Part shown: piece after piece, positions 56,315-64,000 of the stretch | How the letters are laid out: each line of letters begins with the position of its first letter | How positions within the stretch are numbered: position 1 is the stretch's first letter | Origin: an uncultured Salinarchaeum sp. | GTDB taxonomy: Archaea > Halobacteriota > Halobacteria > Halobacteriales > Salinarchaeaceae | Direction of reading: 5' to 3' | Assembly: GCA_964403925.1 (NCBI GenBank) | Contig: CAYOHZ010000004.1 | Coordinates: 4,733-68,732 of the forward strand | Length of the DNA stretch: 64,000 nt | Notes under the pieces: model-generated | Database searches by the model: none | The model's input: only the letters and a program-made list of their open reading frames with translations | Told to the model about the DNA's origin: nothing | Made by a program: the position numbers and the translations under genes

Positions 56315-57091
56315 CTAAGAACGCTGGTCTAATACTCCAAGAAGTCGGTCGTTAACTGGTTTAGATCGTTCGATAAACACGAAATGCCCCGCCTCATCGA
56401 ATACTATTGCTTCGCCATGCGGGAGCTCAGTAGCAAGCGTGGTTGCGTTTTGCGGGGGGATAAGATCGTCTGCTCCGCCATGGACAACGAGCGTCGGTTG
56501 TTGGAGCTCGTATACCGGCCAGTCGCGATCATAGGTTGTCACTGCTTGTTCGATGTACTCCCACTCAGTCGTTGGCGCATCTTCGGTGTCTCGCCACTTG
56601 AGGATCCCATCAAGTACATCCGGCTGTGTCTGCCTGAACTCCTGTGAGAACCCTCGGCTCAGCGCTTCCCGAGGTGGGATCGATTGTGCGGGATGGAACG
56701 CAGTTGGCGGCGCGATGGTCAGTTCCCCTGTGGGGACACCGATCACTACGAGCGACCGGACCCGATTATACCGATGGGCATACTCCAGCGCGGTGAGCCC
56801 CCCATCTCCGATTCCGATCGCGTGTGCTCGCTTGATTCCTGCTGCTTGGAGGATCGCTTCTACGTCCTCAGCTAAGGTCTTGATCCCGTATGGTTTGGTC
56901 GACGGCGCTGACTGGCCTGTTCCTCGAGGATGGTAGAGAACGGTCCGGAACTGCCCCTGTATGGCTGGATACTGCCAGGCAAGCTGCCATGGCCCGAACC
57001 CGCTGGCTGGAACAAAAACAACCGCTGGTGTGTCTGTTGGACCACGACACTCATAATACAGAGACACGCCGTTTCGGTCAACTGTCGGCAT
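56315..57091 (-). CDS. alpha/beta-fold hydrolase
   Basis: 258 aa. The nucleophile elbow is GIGDGG, and the C-terminus has GGADDLIP...AGHFVF. Confidence 0.85.
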   Translation of the reverse strand: MPTVDRNGVSLYYECRGPTDTPAVVFVPASGFGPWQLAWQYPAIQGQFRTVLYHPRGTGQSAPSTKPYGIKTLAEDVEAILQAAGIKRAHAIGIGDGGLTALEYAHRYNRVRSLVVIGVPTGELTIAPPTAFHPAQSIPPREALSRGFSQEFRQTQPDVLDGILKWRDTEDAPTTEWEYIEQAVTTYDRDWPVYELQQPTLVVHGGADDLIPPQNATTLATELPHGEAIVFDEAGHFVFIERSKPVNDRLLGVLDQRS

Positions 57092-57094
57092 CCC

Positions 57095-57703
57095 TTATGT
57101 CGGTGAGGCCCCAAACAGCGTTTCGTAAATAACAGGTGTGATATTCACCTCGATAATTGCTGCAATCACGAGCAGTCCCCAACCAGCCATCGCCAACACG
57201 CCGATTCGGCGTGCTTCCCCACGAGTCACGAACTGCTTTCGCGTTCTTCGGAGCCGATTGACACCGAGGTGGACCAGTCTGAACCCGATGCCACCGGCGA
57301 TAAACAGTGCTGGCAACTCGAAGATACCGTGGGGTAGTAACAATACGAGCGTCGCGGCTATGCCGCTTTCGGCTACTGCGGGCACGGCGACGAATCCAAT
57401 CAATACTCCGTTGAAGAACGCACCGATGAACGTCACTACACCGAATGTAATCGCGCCAACGATCATTATGAGAAACGCCTGTGTATTATTCAGCAGAATC
57501 GTCCACGTGGTAAATTCCTCCGGGAACACGTCCTGAAGATTATCAACACCGAGGGCACCAAGAAGGTCTACGTTTCCGAACACGAACCCGATCCCAACGA
57601 GAATCCCAACTGCGAACAGGCCCGTCGCAAACCACACGTACCGGCGGTGTTCCTGCCAGGAAAGGGCAAGCATCGAACGGACTCCACGGGGCTGTGTGTC
57701 CAT
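57095..57703 (-). CDS. SpoIIM-like (stage II sporulation protein M family) membrane protein
   Basis: About 5 TM helices. LLLPHGIFELPALFIAGGIGFRL is characteristic of the family. The start is uncertain: 57703 or 57673. Confidence 0.65.
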   Translation of the reverse strand: MDTQPRGVRSMLALSWQEHRRYVWFATGLFAVGILVGIGFVFGNVDLLGALGVDNLQDVFPEEFTTWTILLNNTQAFLIMIVGAITFGVVTFIGAFFNGVLIGFVAVPAVAESGIAATLVLLLPHGIFELPALFIAGGIGFRLVHLGVNRLRRTRKQFVTRGEARRIGVLAMAGWGLLVIAAIIEVNITPVIYETLFGASPT

Positions 57704-57786
57704 ACCGGCTGTTAGGATCTCGTGTGGATAAAATCCCTTGATCGATCTGTCGAAGGGTAGATAGGGATCCATCGTCGAAAACACGC

Positions 57787-59307
57787 ATGGACGTTGCATT
57801 GATTATTCTCGACGGCTGGGGGATCGGAACCCACGACCGACGAAATGCCGTCGAGACAGCAACAACACCCGTGTTCGATCGCATCTCGGCAGCCGGTGCA
57901 ACTGGACGATTGGCTGCCTCCGGCCGGGCTGTCGGACTGCCAGACGGCCAGATGGGCAACAGCGAAGTCGGACATCTCCATATCGGGGCCGGGACTGTTA
58001 TCCGCCAGCCATACACGCGAATCGAGGATGCGATCGCCGACGGCTCGTTTTTCGAGAACGCAGCGCTTCAGGAGGCTGTTGAGTATGTCACTACGACTGG
58101 CGGGCGGCTTCATTTCATGGGGCTTGTCAGCAGGGGCGGTGTGCATTCACACTATGATCATCTCGTTGCGTTACTCGAGTTGGCTGCTCAGGAAGGTGTC
58201 CCAGCAGTAACGCATGCCTTTCTTGATGGCCGTGATACCCCGCCAACAGCGGCTGCTGCTGTTCTTTCTGATCTTGCCACCGTAGTCGATCGCACCGGAA
58301 CTGGGGAAATCGCAACCGTTACTGGCCGCTATTATGCGATGGATCGAGACGAAAACTGGTCACGAACCAAGGCGGCGTATGACGCAATCGTCAATCGGAC
58401 AGCCGAGTATACCGCTTTAAACACACACACAGCGGTACAGCGTGCCTACGACCGTGGTGAGACTGATGAGTTTGTTCATCCAACGCTGATTGCGGGACAG
58501 CCTGCACTGTCGGCTGATGATGCGGTCATTTTCTTTAATTTCCGGCCGGATCGGGCTCGTCAACTCGTGCGGATGCTTGGTGATATCGATCCTCAGTGGC
58601 CGTTCGAGACAGCACCCCCTGCTCACAAGCTCGTTACGATGACCGAGTATGACGAAACGTTCCCGTTTCCCGTTGCGTTTCCGCCTGCTCCACCGGATAC
58701 GACACTGGGGGCAGTCCTCGCAGAACATGGTCTCACCCAGCTTCGGATCGCAGAATCGGAAAAATACCCTCATGTCACGTATTTCCTCAATGGCAGTCGC
58801 GAGACGCCATTTACCGGTGAACATCGTGAGATCATCGACAGTCCGGACGTCCCAACCTACGACGACGCCCCGGCGATGAGCGCTCACGAGGTAACGACCA
58901 CTGCGATCGATCTCATCACCGCAGAGGACCCTAACGTGTTGGTATTAAACTATGCAAACCCTGACATGGTCGGGCATACCGGTGACTTTGCGGCAACTGT
59001 CACAGCCGTTGAGGCTGTTGACACAGAACTCGGTCGCCTCCTTGATGCGCTTGATGGACATGTCTTTGTGATTGCCGATCACGGTAACGCCGAAGATCTG
59101 GGCACACCAGCGGATCCGCACACCGCCCACACAACGAATCCGGTCCCGATCGTGTATCTGGCCCCAGGGACAGCCGGATCGGGGGACCGATCTGGTGGCA
59201 AACGAATCCGCGATGGGGGCCGTCTTGTCGATCTCACGCCGACACTCCTTGCTGTCTTGGGAATCGAGCAGCCAGCAGCAATGACCGGTTCGTCGCTGTT
59301 GGTATAG
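57787..59307 (+). CDS. gpmI: 2,3-bisphosphoglycerate-independent phosphoglycerate mutase
   Basis: ILDGWG, GQMGNSEVGHLHIGAG, GGVHSH, DGRDTPP, NYANPDMVGHTG, ADHGNAE. Confidence 0.95.
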   Translation: MDVALIILDGWGIGTHDRRNAVETATTPVFDRISAAGATGRLAASGRAVGLPDGQMGNSEVGHLHIGAGTVIRQPYTRIEDAIADGSFFENAALQEAVEYVTTTGGRLHFMGLVSRGGVHSHYDHLVALLELAAQEGVPAVTHAFLDGRDTPPTAAAAVLSDLATVVDRTGTGEIATVTGRYYAMDRDENWSRTKAAYDAIVNRTAEYTALNTHTAVQRAYDRGETDEFVHPTLIAGQPALSADDAVIFFNFRPDRARQLVRMLGDIDPQWPFETAPPAHKLVTMTEYDETFPFPVAFPPAPPDTTLGAVLAEHGLTQLRIAESEKYPHVTYFLNGSRETPFTGEHREIIDSPDVPTYDDAPAMSAHEVTTTAIDLITAEDPNVLVLNYANPDMVGHTGDFAATVTAVEAVDTELGRLLDALDGHVFVIADHGNAEDLGTPADPHTAHTTNPVPIVYLAPGTAGSGDRSGGKRIRDGGRLVDLTPTLLAVLGIEQPAAMTGSSLLV

Positions 59308-59483
59308 CGGTTTGGTCGCTTCCGTGTCGTTCTTAGCGGCCGAATCGCACAAGTGGTAACCAAAAACGGTGTTTCTGTTTAGGTTGTTAGCTTCGTCTGT
59401 CCTGTTGGTGGTGTCTGCTTGAGGATTGTGACTCTGTGTAGCAAGACACCGTAAGTATAAAATGGGTCGTGGTATCAACCGTA

Positions 59484-61172
59484 ATGGACATGGGTACCGA
59501 CGACCAGTCTCAGACCGCTGACAGCGGCCTCGATCGACGAACGTTGCTCCAAGCGTGGGGTGGTGCAGCTGGTATCGCAGCTCTTGCAGGTTGTACCGGC
59601 GGCAACAACGAGACTCCCGACGATGACGACACTGGTAATGGTTCTGACGGTGATTCCGACGAAGACGTTGGCGATGGCATTCAAGGGGAGTACTGGCGTG
59701 ACCTGCCGGAACCGGAAACCAGAGAGGGCTATCTCCAGCGTGCAAACCTGGCTGCACACCAGGAAGCGCCGTGGATTTTCCTTCATCAACAACAAAGTGT
59801 CTACGGCAAGACAACACGCATCGAGTGGGATCCCCGACCGGACGAGTATATTAAAGCCCGAGAAGTTACGCCCGTTGAGGATGGCAGCGACCTCATTATC
59901 ACGCAGGGCCAGCTTGATTCCGGGCTTGATCCTCACGATCACCGTGAGACAACCACCGATAACGTTGTCCTCCAGTCATACGAACGGCTCCTACGGCGCG
60001 ATCGGGAGGGCAACCTCAATCCGGGGCTGGCAACTGACTGGGAACGCATCGAAGAGGGGCGTGTTCGGTTTTACATCCGCGAGGGTGTGACCTTCCATAA
60101 CGGCGATCCACTCCAACCAAGCGATGTTGTCTACAGTATTCGCCGTATCGTTGATTCGGACGTTGGCGGGCTTGAAAGCCCACAGAGCGATCAGCTTGCT
60201 GGCGTCCAAGATGCCGAAGTCGTCGACGGCGAGCGGGCTGTCGATGTGATCTCCGATGGCATTAATCCGGTCATCTTCCAGTATTTCGCCTCGTACTGTT
60301 ATATCGTACAAGAAGACTGGATCGAGAACCGAGCATCAGAGGACATCAACACCGACATGAACGGTACCGGGCCGTTCCAGGTTACTGAGTATACGCCTGA
60401 TGAGGAAGTTGTCTACGAAGCGTATCCAGACTACTGGGACGGCGAGCCTGACGTTCAACAACTGTTCATGCGCGCGGCTGAAGAATCAAGTACACGTGTG
60501 AGTCAGCTTCTCGAAGGTGAGACTGACATCATTGTTAACGTGCCGCCCCAAGAAGTCGCTCGGGTCCAAGATGAGGACAGCACCGAACTTGCACCAGTCC
60601 CGAGTACGCGTGTTATTTACAACGGCATGCGATATGATGTCGAGCCTTTCTCGGATCCGATGTTCCGTCGGGCACTCAACTACGCGATCGATCTCGAGTC
60701 GATTATCGATGACGTCTTGCAAGGGTTTGGCGATGCGACCGGCCAGCCCACGCTGCCCGGGTATACCGGCTACAATGAGGATATCGATCCCTATCCATAC
60801 GATCCCGAACTTGCCGATCAGCTGATCGAACAGGCCGGCTATGCTGGTGAAGAACTCGAACTTGAAACGCCGGTTGGCCGGTATCTCGGTGATCTCAGCG
60901 TTGCACAGGCTGTCGCCGGGTACGTTGATGATCTTGAAACAGTCAGTGCCAGTGTCCAACAGCGTGACTTTGGAACGCTTGCTGGAGAGCTTACTGATGG
61001 CGATATCGAGACGATGCCGCCATGGTATCTCATCGGCTGGGGGAACGCGACCTTCGATGCCAGTCAGACGTTGATTCCGCTGTTGACCTCTGATGGCGCG
61101 CTCACAAGCTATCGTGATGATGAGTTTGACGCGTTAATCGACGCAGCCCAGAGTATGGGCGGCGATCAATAG
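59484..61172 (+). CDS. ABC transporter substrate-binding lipoprotein (family 5, peptide/nickel type) with a Tat signal
   Basis: Tat motif DRRTLLQ, lipobox LAGCTGG and an acidic linker. The family-5 core follows (GLATDWE...FHNGDPL; GTGPFQV.EY). See the finding on the unusual order of segments. The start is the ATG at 59484 or the GTG at 59469. Confidence 0.85.
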   Translation: MDMGTDDQSQTADSGLDRRTLLQAWGGAAGIAALAGCTGGNNETPDDDDTGNGSDGDSDEDVGDGIQGEYWRDLPEPETREGYLQRANLAAHQEAPWIFLHQQQSVYGKTTRIEWDPRPDEYIKAREVTPVEDGSDLIITQGQLDSGLDPHDHRETTTDNVVLQSYERLLRRDREGNLNPGLATDWERIEEGRVRFYIREGVTFHNGDPLQPSDVVYSIRRIVDSDVGGLESPQSDQLAGVQDAEVVDGERAVDVISDGINPVIFQYFASYCYIVQEDWIENRASEDINTDMNGTGPFQVTEYTPDEEVVYEAYPDYWDGEPDVQQLFMRAAEESSTRVSQLLEGETDIIVNVPPQEVARVQDEDSTELAPVPSTRVIYNGMRYDVEPFSDPMFRRALNYAIDLESIIDDVLQGFGDATGQPTLPGYTGYNEDIDPYPYDPELADQLIEQAGYAGEELELETPVGRYLGDLSVAQAVAGYVDDLETVSASVQQRDFGTLAGELTDGDIETMPPWYLIGWGNATFDASQTLIPLLTSDGALTSYRDDEFDALIDAAQSMGGDQ

Positions 61173-61195
61173 CGGGTCCGCTCCCTTCGGTTCCA

Positions 61196-62179
61196 ATGTC
61201 ACTTGGTCGATTCCTGCTTCGACGGTCCGGACAGGGACTGCTGGTAGTCTGGGGTGTCATTACGACTGTCTTTCTCCTCCGATTTATCTCTCCGACTGAT
61301 CCGGTCACCTTCGTTGCTCCACTCGATGCAAGTCAGGAGCTCCGCGAACGGATTGCCGAGGATCTCGGGCTTAACCAGCCACTGTATATCCAGTATGGAG
61401 ACTATCTTCTTGGCCTACTGCAGGCTGATATGGGCTATTCGTTCCAACGCGGGCAAGAAGCGAGCATGATTGTCTTATCACGGCTGCCTGCAACGATCGA
61501 ATTGGCTGTCGCTGCGAGTCTCGTCGCAATTGTCCTTGCAATCCCACTCGGTGTGATCTCTGCAACCCGACGGCGCACGAGTGCGGACTATGGGGCAACG
61601 TTGTTCTCGCTTGTGGGGATCTCAACGCCGAACTTCTGGTTGGGGATCATGCTGATTCTCCTATTGGCCGTTCAGGGGCCGTTCCCAACAAGTGCTCGTC
61701 CAGTGGGCTTTGGCGAGGCGTTACTCGCGTTTGGTCGTGCCGAGACGGGCCCACTTATGACCTGGCTGGCCCATATGGCGCTGCCGGCGATTACACTTGG
61801 CACGTATTTTACAGCCCTGATCACTCGACTCACCAGAAGTGGTATGTTGGAGGAACTCGGCAAGGATTACATCCGCGCAGCCAGAGCCAAGGGGCTTCCG
61901 GAGAGTCTCGTTCGGTATCGCTATGCGCTTCGGAACACACTTGTCCCGATCATTACCGTTCTGGGACTCCAGTTGGGGACACTAATCGGTGGCGCTGTCA
62001 TCACCGAACAGGTGTTCGCCTGGCCCGGACTCGGAACACTGCTGATTGATGCACTTCAAGCCCGTGACTGGCCGATTATCCAAGGCTCGCTGATCGTTAT
62101 CGGTGTTGGCTTCGTGATCATCAATATCGTCGTCGACGCGCTGTATGCATATCTCGATCCACAGGTGGGTTACCAATGA
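61196..62179 (+). CDS. ABC transporter permease (DppB/OppB-like)
   Basis: 327 aa with 6 TM segments. The EAA-type loop is DYIRAARAKGLPESLVRYRYALRN. Confidence 0.9.
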   Translation: MSLGRFLLRRSGQGLLVVWGVITTVFLLRFISPTDPVTFVAPLDASQELRERIAEDLGLNQPLYIQYGDYLLGLLQADMGYSFQRGQEASMIVLSRLPATIELAVAASLVAIVLAIPLGVISATRRRTSADYGATLFSLVGISTPNFWLGIMLILLLAVQGPFPTSARPVGFGEALLAFGRAETGPLMTWLAHMALPAITLGTYFTALITRLTRSGMLEELGKDYIRAARAKGLPESLVRYRYALRNTLVPIITVLGLQLGTLIGGAVITEQVFAWPGLGTLLIDALQARDWPIIQGSLIVIGVGFVIINIVVDALYAYLDPQVGYQ

Positions 62180-63198
62180 GTTTGCTTGCAGATCGAACCC
62201 GACAAAACCTTGTTGACGAATTTCGACAGAGTTTCCTCGCGAAACTTGGTGTTGTGCTGTTGCTCATTATCGTCCTCTCGGCGTTGTTCGCGCCGGTTCT
62301 GGCACTGCATGATCCAACACAGACGAATCCTGAAAACGCACAGCTCCCGCCGCTTGGATTCAGTGCCACCGAAAACCAGACCACCTCACAGATGGTCGAT
62401 GGCGAACTCCAAGTCGTCGAGCAAGAAGTGACGATCAACGCGACTGCCACACACCCACTGGGAACGGACTCAGTCGGGCGTGATGTGTTCTCTCGGCTCC
62501 TCTTTGGCGCTCGTACCTCGTTGCTTGTTGGCTTGTTTGGTACTGTACTTGCGGTCGGCATCGGCGTCACGATCGGTTTGGTCGCCGGCTATTATGGCGG
62601 GCGAGTCGATGATGCACTAATGCGCAGTGCTGATGTTATGTTGGCGTTTCCCTCGCTTGTGTTAGCAATCGCGTTGGTCGGACTGCTCGGACGCCAAGCA
62701 GTCGAACTGCCTGATCCGTTTGTTGCACTTGGACTGACACCAGAGATGCCCGAAACGATCGTGATCCCTGGAACCGTTGTACTTGTCGTAGCGCTTGTCA
62801 ATTGGGTGTGGTTCGCTCGTGTCGCTCGGGGTGAGGCACTCAGTGTTCGTAGTGAAGACTATGTCACAGCTGCCCGTAGCCTTGGTGCTACCGATCGGAC
62901 GATCATTCGCCAGCACATCCTCCCGAACAGTCTCACGCCGATTTTGGTGTTGGCGACGATCCAAGTCGCGGCGATTATCCTCCTTGAGAGTTCGCTCTCC
63001 TTTTTGGGCTTTTCAGGAGCGAACCTCTCATGGGGTCTTGATATCGCACAGGGCCGGAACTACCTGTCCAGTTCCTGGTGGATCGCGACGATGCCTGGGA
63101 TCGCAATCGTGCTTGCAGTCATTGCTGTCAATCTGATCGGTGACTGGCTTCGGGATGCCCTGGATCCGGATGTAAGCCAGGGGGAGGGTGGTGTCTGA
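62176..63198 (+). CDS. ABC transporter permease (DppC/OppC-like)
   Basis: ATGA overlap with the preceding permease. The EAA loop is DYVTAARSLGATDRTIIRQHILPN. Confidence 0.9.
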   Translation: MSLLADRTRQNLVDEFRQSFLAKLGVVLLLIIVLSALFAPVLALHDPTQTNPENAQLPPLGFSATENQTTSQMVDGELQVVEQEVTINATATHPLGTDSVGRDVFSRLLFGARTSLLVGLFGTVLAVGIGVTIGLVAGYYGGRVDDALMRSADVMLAFPSLVLAIALVGLLGRQAVELPDPFVALGLTPEMPETIVIPGTVVLVVALVNWVWFARVARGEALSVRSEDYVTAARSLGATDRTIIRQHILPNSLTPILVLATIQVAAIILLESSLSFLGFSGANLSWGLDIAQGRNYLSSSWWIATMPGIAIVLAVIAVNLIGDWLRDALDPDVSQGEGGV

Positions 63199-64000
63199 TG
63201 AGCCAACCACTCCTCCGTGTTCGGGACCTCACGACACGGTTTTTCACCCAGGAGGGACAGGTTAACGCTGTCAATGGTGTTTCGTTTGACATTGCTGCCG
63301 GTGAGGTTGTTGGAATCGTTGGTGAATCCGGGTCCGGTAAAAGCGTCACTGCCCTTTCGTTGATCGATCTTGTGTCAGATCCCGGTCGGATCGTCGACGG
63401 GGAGTTGTGGTATCACGACCGTGAGCTTGCTGCTGAGATCGATGCCCCCGACGCAGTCGATGGGGAGTATGTGGATCTTCGCGCACTTACCGACCGTGAT
63501 CGACGGGGCCTCCGTGGCCCCGTCTTCGGGACGATCTTCCAGGACCCGGCGAGTAATTTCAATCCAAGCTTGACGGTCGGCGAGCAGATCGCCGAGGCTG
63601 TCGAGGTCCAACGACGGGCCACGGACCGCCCCCGATCCACACGGTCTCGCACCCAGGGTTATGGGCTCGGGAAACTCCTGTTGGGTAGTGTCACGCCCGG
63701 CGGCGGGTATCTCAGTGACGAGAGCTATGACCGCGCGATCGAACTGCTTGATCAAGTCGGTATTCCCGATCCTGCCAAACGCGCCGAGGAATATCCCCAT
63801 GAATACTCCGGCGGCATGCTTCAGCGGGCGATGATTGCACAAGCATTGGCTGGCGAGCCCGAACTCCTGATCGCTGATGAGCCAACGACTGCACTGGATG
63901 TGACGATCCAGGCACAGATCCTCGAACTACTCAATGAGATCCAATCTGCAACTGATATGTCGATCCTGCTGATCACGCATAATCTCGGTGTCGTCGCTCG
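63198..64000 (+). CDS. ABC transporter ATP-binding protein (DppD/OppD-like), 3' end outside the window
   Basis: [15 protein letters not shown]...[12 protein letters not shown] (Walker A)...[12 protein letters not shown] (signature)...[12 protein letters not shown] (Walker B). The start overlaps the permease stop (TGATG). It is not in the ORF track because the window contains no stop. Confidence 0.9.
   Translation, partial: MSQPLLRVRDLTTRFFTQEGQVNAVNGVSFDIAAGEVVGIVGESGSGKSVTALSLIDLVSDPGRIVDGELWYHDRELAAEIDAPDAVDGEYVDLRALTDRDRRGLRGPVFGTIFQDPASNFNPSLTVGEQIAEAVEVQRRATDRPRSTRSRTQGYGLGKLLLGSVTPGGGYLSDESYDRAIELLDQVGIPDPAKRAEEYPHEYSGGMLQRAMIAQALAGEPELLIADEPTTALDVTIQAQILELLNEIQSATDMSILLITHNLGVVA

Noticed and set aside
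1-64000. Scan for CRISPR arrays, rRNA genes, integrases or prophage-like blocks, and clustered defence genes.
   Set aside because: I saw no regularly spaced direct repeats, no rRNA-like sequence and no integrase, Cas or restriction-type proteins. The only mobile content is the two inteins and the two tnpB relics.

Overview
This 64 kb window looks like core chromosome from a haloarchaeon (class Halobacteria). The inference rests on strongly acidic predicted proteins and archaeal marker genes: FtsZ-SecE-Spt5, fibrillarin-Nop5, family-B DNA polymerase, NucS, archaeosortase A, a doublet histone, RPA and the class-I CCA enzyme. Coding density is very high. I call about 65 protein genes. They include grpE-dnaK-dnaJ, photolyase, methylmalonyl-CoA mutase and epimerase, cheW, thrC, sufCBD plus a ferritin-like gene and a DtxR-type regulator, mutS, nucS, nurA, tsr3, brp/blh, cca, an HDAC-histone-RPA cluster, pyrC, hsp20, gpmI and a peptide-type ABC transporter. 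There are three tRNAs: Gln-UUG, Asn-GUU and Arg-GCG. I saw no rRNA and no CRISPR array. The selfish or mobile content is: (i) a 1674-aa polB carrying two inteins at the motif-B and motif-C sites, the first ending in Gly-Gln rather than His-Asn; (ii) two decayed IS200/IS605-family (IS1341-type) tnpB relics that share a near-identical 38-nt 3' block, which may be orphan omega-RNA-like modules. One relic sits between brp/blh and an HTH_10 Bat-like regulator. Other points worth a second look are an apparently circularly permuted ABC substrate-binding protein, nine convergent gene pairs with overlapping or abutting stop codons, and three conserved small proteins under 60 aa that the ORF track misses. 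There are also candidate operator repeats upstream of ftsZ and sufC. I did not find a convincing new multi-gene system such as a defence island. All calls come from reading the translations and sequence by eye. No searches were run, and start codons are best guesses.
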